Source of the DNA: Candidatus Woesebacteria bacterium RIFCSPLOWO2_01_FULL_39_23
Lineage (GTDB): Bacteria > Patescibacteriota > Microgenomatia > UBA8517
Assembly (NCBI GenBank): GCA_001793095.1
Contig: MGHG01000008.1
Location: 269 to 64,268 of the forward strand
Direction: 5' to 3'
Length of the DNA stretch: 64,000 nt
Position numbers and translations under genes: made by a program. This document shows, in pieces, positions 28,804-39,104 of the stretch. How positions within the stretch are numbered: the first letter of the stretch is position 1; every line of letters begins with the position of its first letter. The notes under the pieces are model-generated. The model was not told the DNA's origin. It did no database searches and saw nothing but the letters and a program-made list of their open reading frames with translations.

Positions 28804-30595
28804 TCCCCGGCTTTAGGCCTCCAAGATATCTTTCCCACATTATTTCGTACACTTTCTCCAGGTTTTTAACGAATAATTCTGTGTCGAATAAGGGGTAAGT
28901 CAGTCTATTAGATTTAAGTTTCAGTCTAAGTTGAAGAAGTTCTTCGGGATGGTTTGCGAGATGAACAACCAGGTTCTTATATTCTTGAAAACCGTGAGTA
29001 ATCAGCTCGGGCAGTCCTGCGGCCGTTAATATACTTGCCGCAACCCGCGAAGCAAAATGACTACCCATCAGGGTAATATAGGGTAACCCTGCCCACAGAC
29101 AGTCAGAGGAAGTAGTGTGGCCATTGACGATATATGTATCTAATCCAATATCGGCAAGTTTATGCCGTGCTAAATGCTCGGACTTATTTAATCGTGGAGC
29201 AATAATTACCCTCTCGGGATCAACTCCCCTAACTCTTGCTTCCTTTTTTAAATTCCCGGTAGTTTCATCATCGCTCTCTAGTTGCCACAACACACTTCCG
29301 GACACATCCTTTAAAATCTCCATCCATATATCAAACATCCGTGGTTCGATCTTATAAGCCTGGTTGAAAGCTGCAAAGATAACTCCTCTCTCAGGTAATC
29401 CGAAATCGGCTCTTGTATAAATCTTGTCCGAAATTACCTGAGTATTGTCAGTTATCTGATAACAACCCTGCATATAGACAACTTTCTCGCTGTAATATTT
29501 CTGGTGTTTTTTAGGAATTAAGACGCGATCGGCAATAATATAGTCCATGAAAGACGCGCCGGTTGTTCCAGGAAATCCTAACCATGTTACCTGTAAAGGT
29601 GCGGGTTTAAATGCGCAAATTTCAAGCCTGTTTCCCCGTGTATGCCCGGTTAAATCTACTAAAATATCAACCTTGTCATTATAAATCGTTTTAGCGGCTT
29701 CAGCATTGTCCATTCTCCTGACATCTAGAAACTTGTCACAACTTTTACTTATGTATTTTCTGTAATAACTATTATCATCCTCTCCGTAGGAATAGCCGAA
29801 TACCTTGAACGCACTTCTGTTATGCAATTCAAAGAGCCTTACGTCAAGATGAGCTACCGCATGATTCCTGAAATCATTAGACAGGTAGCCTATGTGAAGA
29901 ATTTTCTTTTTCCTTTTCTGAAATGAAAACTTCAAATTGACTAACGAGGCCGGCTTCCCCATATTCTTCCCCCAGATCCTTGCAACCTCAAAATTCTCTC
30001 TAACGTTTTCACTTCTTGTAATATTTATAAAAGGCGTTTCACCTGCTATCAATTCATTCGAATCAACTTTTTTCAGTTTCTTTTCTAGCTTTTTTATAGT
30101 TCTCCACTCGCATCTGTAGCGAAGAAGGTTGATAAGAAAAACATAGGCGAGTCTGTTTTCTGGATCGAGCTCGATTGTTTTTTTATATGCCGCTATCGCT
30201 TCATTTCTTTTTCCCAAATCCTTATATGCCATGCCAAGATTGCAGTATGACTCGACACTTCCCGGATTCAATTTTATTGAAGCAAGATAGCACTTAACTG
30301 CCTCGTCTAGTTTTCCAATTAAAACTAGGAGGTTGCCGAGGTTATTGAAAGTTTCAGGATAACACGGGTTGAACCTGAGTGCATTCTTATAGTCAGCCAA
30401 TGAATTATCATAAAATCCCCTCTCTTGAAAAATTACACCCCGGTTATTATAGGCAACAGCCAAGTTGAGACGGGCATCTTGATATTCAGGATCTAACCTA
30501 TAGGCTTGATTAAATTCCTCAATTGCCCGGTCCAAATTTCCGGTATTGGCTAATGCTATGGCCTTACGATTTCGGTCTTGTGCACTTAAGGTCAT
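28787..30595 (-). CDS. TPR-repeat GT41 glycosyltransferase (O-GlcNAc-transferase / SPINDLY-like), paralog 1
   Basis: N-terminal TPRs, then a C-terminal catalytic region GHTTSSDCLWAGLPYITLMGSHFASRVAASILTAAGLPELIT, close to the OGT C-terminal lobe. ATG at 30595 overlaps the upstream stop (ATGA). Confidence 0.75.
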   Translation of the reverse strand: MTLSAQDRNRKAIALANTGNLDRAIEEFNQAYRLDPEYQDARLNLAVAYNNRGVIFQERGFYDNSLADYKNALRFNPCYPETFNNLGNLLVLIGKLDEAVKCYLASIKLNPGSVESYCNLGMAYKDLGKRNEAIAAYKKTIELDPENRLAYVFLINLLRYRCEWRTIKKLEKKLKKVDSNELIAGETPFINITRSENVRENFEVARIWGKNMGKPASLVNLKFSFQKRKKKILHIGYLSNDFRNHAVAHLDVRLFELHNRSAFKVFGYSYGEDDNSYYRKYISKSCDKFLDVRRMDNAEAAKTIYNDKVDILVDLTGHTRGNRLEICAFKPAPLQVTWLGFPGTTGASFMDYIIADRVLIPKKHQKYYSEKVVYMQGCYQITDNTQVISDKIYTRADFGLPERGVIFAAFNQAYKIEPRMFDIWMEILKDVSGSVLWQLESDDETTGNLKKEARVRGVDPERVIIAPRLNKSEHLARHKLADIGLDTYIVNGHTTSSDCLWAGLPYITLMGSHFASRVAASILTAAGLPELITHGFQEYKNLVVHLANHPEELLQLRLKLKSNRLTYPLFDTELFVKNLEKVYEIMWERYLGGLKPGIISLP

Positions 30596-32391
30596 TTGAC
30601 TATCATTTTGGCAGGTTTTAAGCCTTTTAAATACCTTCTCCAAACGATTTCATATGCCTTCTCTAGGTTCTTGACAAACATGGGAGTATCAAATAAAGGA
30701 TAAGTTAGTCTATTAGATTTAAGTTTAAGTCTAAGTTGAAGAAGTTTTTCAGGGTTGGTGGCAAGTTCGATGGCCAAATCCTTGTATTCTTCAAGGGAAT
30801 AAGTAATCAGCTCAGGTAATCCCACAGCAGTCAATATGCTCGCTGCGACACGGGAGGCAAAGTGCTTGCCCTCCAGAGTGACTAGAGGTAATCCTGCCCA
30901 CAGACAATCAGATGTTGATGTATGACCGTTACAAGTCACAGTATCAAGCGCCAAGTCAGCCAGCTTCAGTCTCGCAAGATGTTCGTCTTTGGGTAACCTG
31001 CCGGCAAAGATTAACCTACCGGCTCTTACACCACATTTTGCAGCTTGCTTTTTAAGATTCTTAATCGAAGTTGCATCGTATGCCATCAACCAGATCACGC
31101 TTTTTGGGACAGTTTTTAAAATTCTCATCCACGCTTCAAAAACGTCGGGCTCGATTTTGTAGGACTGGCCTAGATAACAGTAAACAAACGCATTTTCAGG
31201 CAGGGAGAAATCCGCACGCTTAAATTTTATAGCAGAAATCTTTTGCTTGTTATCGTTAATCTGATAACAATTGGGTAAAAAAATAAGTTTTTCTGTGAAG
31301 TACTTAGCATTCCCTGGTACAACTATGTTATCAGCAATCATATAATCTATAAACTTAGCGGCAGTTGTTCCGGGAAAACCTAAATAAGTGATTTGGATTG
31401 GGGCTGGTCGATAAGTACAAATCCGCAATCTGTTGTTACCCGTATGGCCTTTGAGATCCACCAGAATATCAACCTCATCATCATTAATTTGCCTTGCGCA
31501 GTCATAATCACTCATTTTTTGCAGGTCAACAAATTTGTCGGAATCTGCCTTAATTCTTTCAACATACTTGCTTTTGTCATCATCACTATACGAATAAACG
31601 TTCACGCTAAATTTTTTTTTGTCATGGAGTCTAAATAATCCCAAAATCAGATGTGATGTTGCATGGTCGCGAAAGTCAGCAGATAAGTAGCCAAGCCTTA
31701 TCCGGTGATGTTTTCTATTTTTGTTAGTAACTGAAAAAGTATCTTTTAGTCTGCCATAGCGGTCATTTAAATCTTTAGCCCAGATTTTTGTAATTTCAAA
31801 ATTGCGCTTAGAATCAGCAGTTCTCGTAACACTGATAAAAGGTTCTTCAACCGGCATCCGGTCGATTTTTATTTGCTTATTTTCCAAAGCGTCCAACCTG
31901 CTCGCGATCTGGTAATAGTCACGCCAATCACATAAGTACCTTTTGCAGTGCAGCAAATACGCATAAGCTTTGATATGCTCCGGATCGGCTTGGTAAGCCA
32001 AGCGGAAATAGCGCACCGCCTCTCTTATGCGGTTCATATTTTTATAAATCAAGCCTAGGTTTGTAAGTGCACCTGCATGTCTGGGGTCTATCTTAACGGC
32101 CGTTTTTAACCTCTGAAGGGCTATGTCCGTAAACCCGTGTTCGTGCATAATGTTACCTATTAAAAAATGCGTCTCGGCATTTGGCGGATCCAAGAGCATC
32201 GCCCGCTGGAGATATCCTAAAGCTTCGTATGGACGGCTCAAATTATTAAGTACGATACCTAAGTTGTTTAAAATACTCTGGTGGTTGGGATTTATTGCCA
32301 ATGCCAACTGAAAATACTTTAAGGCATGGATAAAATCACCTTTCTGACTAAGCCCAGCGGCAAAGTTGTTGTACTCCTCGGCTGTTCTCAT
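30592..32391 (-). CDS. TPR-repeat GT41 glycosyltransferase (OGT-like), paralog 2
   Basis: GHTSTSDCLWAGLPLVTLEGKHFASRVAASILTAVGLPELIT; ATGA start/stop overlap with the FkbM gene. Confidence 0.75.
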   Translation of the reverse strand: MRTAEEYNNFAAGLSQKGDFIHALKYFQLALAINPNHQSILNNLGIVLNNLSRPYEALGYLQRAMLLDPPNAETHFLIGNIMHEHGFTDIALQRLKTAVKIDPRHAGALTNLGLIYKNMNRIREAVRYFRLAYQADPEHIKAYAYLLHCKRYLCDWRDYYQIASRLDALENKQIKIDRMPVEEPFISVTRTADSKRNFEITKIWAKDLNDRYGRLKDTFSVTNKNRKHHRIRLGYLSADFRDHATSHLILGLFRLHDKKKFSVNVYSYSDDDKSKYVERIKADSDKFVDLQKMSDYDCARQINDDEVDILVDLKGHTGNNRLRICTYRPAPIQITYLGFPGTTAAKFIDYMIADNIVVPGNAKYFTEKLIFLPNCYQINDNKQKISAIKFKRADFSLPENAFVYCYLGQSYKIEPDVFEAWMRILKTVPKSVIWLMAYDATSIKNLKKQAAKCGVRAGRLIFAGRLPKDEHLARLKLADLALDTVTCNGHTSTSDCLWAGLPLVTLEGKHFASRVAASILTAVGLPELITYSLEEYKDLAIELATNPEKLLQLRLKLKSNRLTYPLFDTPMFVKNLEKAYEIVWRRYLKGLKPAKMIVK

Positions 32392-33233
32392 TTTTGTTTG
32401 GCGGTAATGCGCCCAATAACCTTCTGCCAATTGTCATCTTTCCCCAAAACAGACTCTAAGTCCTCAACTTTTATGTGATTACTACTATGCAAGCAGAGCA
32501 TATTAACCTCGGGTTGAAATTGGGCAAAGACGTTTTTTTTGTTCTTAAAATAATTTTCTTCGTTGAAATAAGGAGCAACATGCCACCAACATTTATAGTG
32601 CATTTGGGTTATAAAACTTATTACTTCTTTCGAATTTTCAAGTCTGTTATTTTCCACAAACAATACCGGGTGCAAACTCTCAATTACTCGTCGTGCACCT
32701 TGCAATACTTGAATTTCCATACCTTCGACGTCAATTTTTATTAAATTGCATCTTTTTAATTTCATATCATCAAGTGCCATCTTACCGACCAAATCTCCTT
32801 GATTATATTTTTCCAGTCTTACAGCCCCGAAATTCTGCTTAGTATTTGGATCCAAAACTGGAACAGCTATTACTCCACTCTCCGATCCGGCCGCAGCGTA
32901 TACCGCTTTGACATTTAATAATCCGTTTAAGGCTATATTACCGCATAACATATTAAATGAAGTTCTCTGGGGTTCTATGGCATAGACGTACCCGCCGTTA
33001 GCTACCTGGTTGGCAAAGAAAATACTGTGTGTACCTATGAATGCTCCCACATCAACTATTACATCACCTTCTTTTATAATCTGACCCAGTAAATCAATTT
33101 CTGCCTCGCACCATTCCCCATATAAATCAAGAGATCGACCAACAAACAAGTCATTTCTGTTGTACATAAAGATTCCGTGTTTTGTTCTTTTTATAGCAAC
33201 ATATCCTGACTGAAATTGTCTTTTGGTTATCAT
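32388..33233 (-). CDS. FkbM-family methyltransferase
   Basis: VDVGAFIGTHSIFFA SAM-binding motif and FkbM-like length; embedded between OGT paralogs with 4-nt overlaps. Confidence 0.65.
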   Translation of the reverse strand: MITKRQFQSGYVAIKRTKHGIFMYNRNDLFVGRSLDLYGEWCEAEIDLLGQIIKEGDVIVDVGAFIGTHSIFFANQVANGGYVYAIEPQRTSFNMLCGNIALNGLLNVKAVYAAAGSESGVIAVPVLDPNTKQNFGAVRLEKYNQGDLVGKMALDDMKLKRCNLIKIDVEGMEIQVLQGARRVIESLHPVLFVENNRLENSKEVISFITQMHYKCWWHVAPYFNEENYFKNKKNVFAQFQPEVNMLCLHSSNHIKVEDLESVLGKDDNWQKVIGRITAKQK

Positions 33234-35410
33234 GTATGTAATATAATATTTCTTGGAAGATTACCAGAAAGGTAAGTCTTCCACATTATTTTGTAGGCCG
33301 TCTCAAGTTTGCTTACAAATCTCGGACTATCATATAAAGGTTTCGTTAGAATGTAACGAGTAAGTTTATTGTGCAATTTCAGTAATTCTTCCCTGTGAGT
33401 GGCATAATAAGTAGCAAGATCTTTATAGTCTTTTAGACTATGGCATATTAAATCCGGTAAGCCAACTGCCGTCAGTAAACTGGCGCTCATGCGGGATAAA
33501 TACGATTCGCCTGCTAAAGTAATTACGGGTACACCCACCCTAAGAGCATTACTGGTCGTTGCTCCGCCATTATAAATTCTGGTATCTAATGCCAAGTCTG
33601 CCAATTTCAATCTTTCTAAATGCTGGGGAAGGTCAATCCTGTCTGCAAATATAAGTCGATGAGGTTCAACTCCTCGTTTTTCTGCCTCATTTTTCAAATT
33701 TGTCTCGGCTTCTCTACTGCTTCTTAACAACCAAAGAACACTCCTCTCAACTGACTTAAGTATTCGCATCCAAACAGTAAACATTATTGGTTCAATTTTT
33801 AAAGTCTTATTAAAGGAACAAAATACAAAAGCGGTCTCGGGCAATCCCCAATCAGTTTTCTTGGTTTTTGTTAAAGAAATTTCCTGCGTATGGTCATTTA
33901 TTTGATAACAATCAGGCATAATCACCAGTTTCTCAGTGTAATACGTCTCTTTTTCCTTGGGTACAATTACCCGATCAACTATATTGTAATCAATAAAGTC
34001 TGCACCTAACGTTCCGGGAAATCCTAAATAAGTTACTTGAATCGGGGCCGGACGAAGAGCATTAATTATTAACCGTTCGTCTTTGGTGTGACCCTTAAGG
34101 TCAATTAATATATCAATCCTATCCTTATTAATAGTTTCAGCAGCCTCAACAAAACTACAGCTTGCGAGGTTTGTAAACTTATCAGCACCTTGGATTACTT
34201 TTTTAATATATTTATTTTCCAAGTCAAAACCATATGAATAGACATAAACTTCGAACTTTTTCCTATCGTGTAGTGAAAACATATTCTTAGTTAAATGAGC
34301 AACGGGATGGTCATTAAAGTCGTTCGTGATGTAACCCAACCTAATAATTCTCCTGTTTTTGGAATGCCTAAGATCAAAAGTGCTAGTCATCATATCCTTC
34401 GCCCTAGACTCGATAATCCTACTTCGCGCAACAGCTATGCGTTTGTGCTTCGAAAGATTATCCGAGCGTGTAATACTCATAAAAGGAAGTTCACCCAACT
34501 CGCGTTTATCCCTTAAGGATTTCAGTGTTAATTTGTCTAATAATTTGGAGTGCTTTGTTACCTCCTTCCAATCACATATATAACGCTCTAGATGAACCAG
34601 TTGAGCCAAGGCGGGTTCAAAGTCCGATTTAATTGCGAGTGCCGCAAGGTAATAGTCCCTAGCCTTAGTGACCATATCTAAATCCTCATATGCTTTTCCC
34701 AAGCTATTCAGTGCCTCGTGATAATCTATCTTAACTTCCAAGGCTTGCTTGTAATAAAAAATTGCATCCTTATATCTGCCCTCTATATGATAAACATTGC
34801 CTAAATTATAGAATGGCTCTGCGAAATTGCTCCCGTACTTAATCGCCTTTTTGAAATATTTTTTTGAGACTTCATATTCACCGTTATTGCATAAAATAGC
34901 TCCCAAATTGTTATTAGCAACCGCATTATCACTATCGATGGCGAGTACTTTTTTAAAATAATATAGAGCCTCATGTATCTTGCCTTTATCCTGCAGGGCA
35001 ACAGCCAGGTTGTTGTAGGCTCTTGCATCATGTAGGTCAAATTCAATATATTTTTTGTAGTATGTGATTGCCTGAGGTAAAAAGCCTAAGGACTGTTGAA
35101 CATATGCAAGGTTGTAATAAGCTTTGGCAAAATTATAATTTTTAGCAATCGCTTTGCGATAATACACCGAAGCGCGGTTAAGTTTATCTTGCATGAAGTA
35201 AACATTACCTAAATTAAAATACGCCGGAGCGAAATTAGGGTTTTGGGAAAGACTTGCATGAAGTAATTTTACAGCCTTGATAATATTTCCTCGATTGACA
35301 TACTCGATTCCCTTATTATTTAAGATTTCTTCTTCGGATAGTTTTTGTCTAACCATGATACTTGGGTTATTATATACACAAATGCTTACGAACATTAATG
35401 CTTCGTTCAT
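33230..35410 (-). CDS. TPR-repeat GT41 glycosyltransferase (OGT-like), paralog 3
   Basis: About 8 TPRs, then NGGATTSNALRVGVPVITLAGESYLSRMSASLLTAVGLPDLIC. Start is uncertain: ATG at 35410, alternative at 35353, track TTG at 35476. Confidence 0.7.
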   Translation of the reverse strand: MNEALMFVSICVYNNPSIMVRQKLSEEEILNNKGIEYVNRGNIIKAVKLLHASLSQNPNFAPAYFNLGNVYFMQDKLNRASVYYRKAIAKNYNFAKAYYNLAYVQQSLGFLPQAITYYKKYIEFDLHDARAYNNLAVALQDKGKIHEALYYFKKVLAIDSDNAVANNNLGAILCNNGEYEVSKKYFKKAIKYGSNFAEPFYNLGNVYHIEGRYKDAIFYYKQALEVKIDYHEALNSLGKAYEDLDMVTKARDYYLAALAIKSDFEPALAQLVHLERYICDWKEVTKHSKLLDKLTLKSLRDKRELGELPFMSITRSDNLSKHKRIAVARSRIIESRAKDMMTSTFDLRHSKNRRIIRLGYITNDFNDHPVAHLTKNMFSLHDRKKFEVYVYSYGFDLENKYIKKVIQGADKFTNLASCSFVEAAETINKDRIDILIDLKGHTKDERLIINALRPAPIQVTYLGFPGTLGADFIDYNIVDRVIVPKEKETYYTEKLVIMPDCYQINDHTQEISLTKTKKTDWGLPETAFVFCSFNKTLKIEPIMFTVWMRILKSVERSVLWLLRSSREAETNLKNEAEKRGVEPHRLIFADRIDLPQHLERLKLADLALDTRIYNGGATTSNALRVGVPVITLAGESYLSRMSASLLTAVGLPDLICHSLKDYKDLATYYATHREELLKLHNKLTRYILTKPLYDSPRFVSKLETAYKIMWKTYLSGNLPRNIILHT

Positions 35411-35501
35411 TTTCCCTGCAACTGAAGCTAGACTGGCAAACAGATTAATTAACACCTTGGGTAATAAATTCACCAATTTTGAAGCTTTTCCGCTCTATGG
35501 C

Positions 35502-36026
35502 ATGAATTCGTTTTTTCAAACTTGGAGAAATGGATTATCAAAAGCCAAAAAAAAATATCTCGTTTTAACCCACCAAGATGTGGAATTTATAAGTATTCCC
35601 GATTTAGATAAAATATTTAGTGAAAACACTGGCATGATTGGCCCTGCTGGAACTAAGATCATCACAAAAAAGGATCCATGGTGGTTCTCCCCAGGGCGAC
35701 TCGAAAATAACCACTTGTCAGGTGAGGTTTTTCATAAAAAAGGAGGCAAACGTATGACAAAGAGTTTCTACGGCAAATACGGTGAAGTTTTAGTATTGGA
35801 TGGCGTCTGTCTTATCACTGAAAAGGAAATACTTGCGAAAGTTGGTGTTCCTAAAATAACATGGGCTCGCTGGGACTTTTACGATCACGTCATCTCGCTA
35901 AAATTTATTAACAAGGGTTATACTCTTAAAACCTCACCTATTAAACTTGTCCACTTTTCCTCAGGAGAAAAAAGAAGACCCGACTACTTTAAGAACCAAG
36001 AAATATTTGTCAAAACATATTTTTAA
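35502..36026 (+). CDS. Hypothetical protein, possibly a glycosyltransferase-like fragment
   Basis: ORF from the ATG at 35502; the track's 5' extension overlaps the convergent OGT gene. No firm motif. Confidence 0.3.
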   Translation: MNSFFQTWRNGLSKAKKKYLVLTHQDVEFISIPDLDKIFSENTGMIGPAGTKIITKKDPWWFSPGRLENNHLSGEVFHKKGGKRMTKSFYGKYGEVLVLDGVCLITEKEILAKVGVPKITWARWDFYDHVISLKFINKGYTLKTSPIKLVHFSSGEKRRPDYFKNQEIFVKTYF

Positions 36027-36679
36027 TCCACAAAGTCCAGTAATCTCCTGAAATTTTTTATAACTACTTTTGCTCCAAGCTTCTCAAAATCGTCAAGCTT
36101 GTAAAACTTGTGATTGCTTTCGGGAAAATAGATAATTGTAGTTATACCCGCACGCTTGCCTCGTATAACATCTCTAGGTGAATTACCTACAAAAAGCGCC
36201 TTTCTTTTCGTACCTCCGAGTAAATCCAATACGTGTACAAGACTTTCTCCATCATTCTTGTTATCATCAACACCTCTTTTAGTGTAAATCTGATCGAAAT
36301 AACTTTTTATTTCTAGGTTGGTTAGAGCTTTTTCAACAAGATTCTTGTTTTCAGGTACCAGAAGAGCAAGCTTTTTTCGCGTCCGTTTCAAAGCAGTCAA
36401 AACAGATTTTACGCCATCAAAAAGCTCGGGTTTTTGAAGTTTACTCTCTAAAGTAGTGTAAAACCTGGAAAAGAAGTCTTGGGGATTAACCACTCCAAAG
36501 GAGGCAAAGCCGTTTAGCCATTTTCCAAAGGCCTTATCAATTATTTCTCTGTCAGTTGTTAAAATCCCTTCTTTTAATAATTCTTCTTTAAGCGTTCCCA
36601 AAACCACATCCATGGTATTAGCCAGACAGCCATCCCAATCCAGAATAATATATTGATAAGAATCCCCAACAACCCGCAT
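36023..36679 (-). CDS. HAD-superfamily hydrolase (phosphatase-like)
   Basis: Motif I ILDWDGCL (DxDG); motif IV-like GNSPRDVIRGKRAG. Confidence 0.65.
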   Translation of the reverse strand: MRVVGDSYQYIILDWDGCLANTMDVVLGTLKEELLKEGILTTDREIIDKAFGKWLNGFASFGVVNPQDFFSRFYTTLESKLQKPELFDGVKSVLTALKRTRKKLALLVPENKNLVEKALTNLEIKSYFDQIYTKRGVDDNKNDGESLVHVLDLLGGTKRKALFVGNSPRDVIRGKRAGITTIIYFPESNHKFYKLDDFEKLGAKVVIKNFRRLLDFVD

Positions 36680-36735
36680 AACTTTTTAAGAATTCTAACA
36701 TAATATATGATTTCACAAGCTACCCCGTCTCAAAC

Positions 36736-37722
36736 TTGCCCGGTACGTATGTTACAATTAACTCTAGAATGTTCTCAGACCCGATAAAGTTTTATTTAGT
36801 TCGAGATAGTAAAATTGGTAGCTTAAAGGACGACTTCAGGAAAATTATCAATGATTTGGCCACTTATGGTGACATCGGCTTTAATCAGGCATCTGAGGGT
36901 GATGTAACCCTGTCATTCACCGAAACACCTATTAAAGCTAACTTAAAAACTTCAATTAACGTTAAAAATCAAGACTATGTAAGCTCACAGCAAATTATTT
37001 TAACTTGCGAAAGAAAAGACAACGTATCTGTAAATATTCTCAAAAATATCACATCACGTATCGGTTACAGAATATTTAATCCTCAAAACAATTATTTTCT
37101 AGTGAATAACCCCGGTATAATTGATTTAACAACCTTTGATGTTGAGGAAAAAGTATTAAAGATTTTCAAAAACTACGAACTTACTCCCCTTTTCCAATTC
37201 CAAAACAGTCTGGTCTATTTTGCCCAAGATAATAAGGGTAACATTCGCTTTATAAATAGGAATTTACTCGAACATCTTTTAGAACAACCCGCCGACCTTC
37301 CCAAACAAAAAGATTTTAGCGTTATTGTAGCGAAAGATGTTGGTCATTTCGTCGCTCTCTTTGACCGGGGGGTTATACCCACCACCTTTTATGAGTATTT
37401 TTTTAATCAGGTTATATTATTGAATTTATCGGGCGTAAATATTCACAAAACCGAAAAAGAAATATATGTCGCCCCTCTTTTCTTCCAATACAGTTCTTCC
37501 AAACAAAACTTTACTTCTCTAAAATCGGAAAAAGACTTCTCAAGGCAGGATAAGTTACATAAAGGTCGATCAGTTCGGGTGTACCTGCAAAAACTACTCA
37601 AAGATTTTAAAATAAAAAACACCATCCTGGCTGTTAAAATTGCCAGAAATATAAGCTATGTCTTTAATCAAAAAGGTGTGTTAACGCCCAGACTCAATGT
37701 TAATGTTTTTCTAGACGAATAA
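36736..37722 (+). CDS. Hypothetical protein
   Basis: 328-aa ORF with no recognizable motifs. Confidence 0.35.
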   Translation: MPGTYVTINSRMFSDPIKFYLVRDSKIGSLKDDFRKIINDLATYGDIGFNQASEGDVTLSFTETPIKANLKTSINVKNQDYVSSQQIILTCERKDNVSVNILKNITSRIGYRIFNPQNNYFLVNNPGIIDLTTFDVEEKVLKIFKNYELTPLFQFQNSLVYFAQDNKGNIRFINRNLLEHLLEQPADLPKQKDFSVIVAKDVGHFVALFDRGVIPTTFYEYFFNQVILLNLSGVNIHKTEKEIYVAPLFFQYSSSKQNFTSLKSEKDFSRQDKLHKGRSVRVYLQKLLKDFKIKNTILAVKIARNISYVFNQKGVLTPRLNVNVFLDE

Positions 37723-37775
37723 ATTTTAAAACGAATTTCACTAACCATCATTCGTTAACCACTAATCACTAGTTT

Positions 37776-39098
37776 ATGGCAACGATATCCTTTCTCAAAT
37801 ACGACCGAGTAATCTTGGTAGAAAATCCTGTTGAGGGGACCGAGGTTACTTGTCAAGAACTGATTAATGCAATTCGAGATTACGAAGACGAACTTTCATT
37901 TATGGATTATGGTCATATTGCAAACGCATATGGCAAACAGCCTCTGGGTGGAGGGTCGTTTGTTGGAATAACACTTGAACTTATCAATAATTGGCGAATA
38001 CAGTTTGAATCCCCGGGTGCACCACCGACGATAACGGTATATGTCCGCGGTGGAAATCTGGTTGCCGTCAATAGTTACAGCAATAATCCCATTAAACCTT
38101 CTGATTATGTAACTGTTATTATCGCCCAATCCTCCTCTCCTACCATAATTACTCCTCCGGAGGATTTGAACATGCTTTACCTTATTGAATCTTTAAGAGG
38201 GAGACATGCAACACTGGGAAGTATATTTTATTGGGATCCAGTGGGGGGAAATGATGCGAACGACGGAACTCAACCGGGAGATGCTGTCCAAACTTTTGCC
38301 ATGGCACAAACCCTGTGCACCGCCGGAAATAACGATATTATATTCGCTCTCGCTACAGATTCCCTGGGAATTACTACTGTTACCAATGAGTCTTTAAATA
38401 TTACTGTACCAACATTAAAACTCCGGGGTCCGGGTTATGCTTTTCAACTTAAACCCGCCACATCGGGCAGCGATGTCATTAATGTAACTGCAAATGCACA
38501 CGGCATTGAAATAAGTGGATTTTATATTGAACCTGCAGCAGGAGGAAGCGACAACGGTATAACAATTAACGATGCGGATAACATATTAATAAAAGATTGC
38601 TGGATTTATGGAGCAACCGCAAACGGGATAGATATATCAAATTCGACTAGAACGAAAATTGAAAAGTGTGCTATCGAAAACTGTTCTGCTGGAAATGGGA
38701 TTGCCTTGGGGGCGGCAACAACAAGAAACAATATTTCAACTTGCATAATTACAGGCTGCGCTAATGGTGTTGACCTCTCCGGAAGTGGATTGTCTGATAA
38801 TATCTTAGAAAATAATATTATTTACAATAACACCGGTGCCGGTATAGATATAAGTACGGATGTTGCGAGAACAGGGATCAGACTCCACCACACCCTTTCA
38901 GGCAATACGCCGAATATAAATAACCTAAGCTCTACGACATTCCAAGACACTTCGGGAACTATAACACAAGGAGATATCGATGCTATCGTTGACGGAGTTT
39001 GGGATGAGGTTATCTCCCCCGCTCATGTTACTGTGGGTACTGCCGGAAGAACTCTTCGCGATGCCAAGACAAAAGCTACTTTGGCTTCGTTGAAATAA
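37776..39098 (+). CDS. Right-handed parallel beta-helix repeat protein (pectate-lyase-fold / tailspike-like)
   Basis: Repeated NGI.IS.S..T.I..C.I.N.. units (NGIDISNSTRTKIEKCAIENCSAGNGIALG...NNIIYNNTGAGIDIS). Confidence 0.55.
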   Translation: MATISFLKYDRVILVENPVEGTEVTCQELINAIRDYEDELSFMDYGHIANAYGKQPLGGGSFVGITLELINNWRIQFESPGAPPTITVYVRGGNLVAVNSYSNNPIKPSDYVTVIIAQSSSPTIITPPEDLNMLYLIESLRGRHATLGSIFYWDPVGGNDANDGTQPGDAVQTFAMAQTLCTAGNNDIIFALATDSLGITTVTNESLNITVPTLKLRGPGYAFQLKPATSGSDVINVTANAHGIEISGFYIEPAAGGSDNGITINDADNILIKDCWIYGATANGIDISNSTRTKIEKCAIENCSAGNGIALGAATTRNNISTCIITGCANGVDLSGSGLSDNILENNIIYNNTGAGIDISTDVARTGIRLHHTLSGNTPNINNLSSTTFQDTSGTITQGDIDAIVDGVWDEVISPAHVTVGTAGRTLRDAKTKATLASLK

Positions 39099-39104
39099 TT
39101 TGGC

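Noticed and set aside
28504-28838. Minus-strand ORFs 28504-28719 and 28602-28838
   Set aside because: They overlap each other, the 64-aa plus ORF and the 3' end of the OGT1 gene. They are hydrophobic low-complexity sequence in an AT-rich intergenic region and are likely spurious.
35277-35501. N-terminal 75 aa of the 35277 ORF
   Set aside because: It overlaps the convergent 748-aa OGT gene, and the first in-frame ATG after that gene ends is at 35502. The extension is probably not translated.
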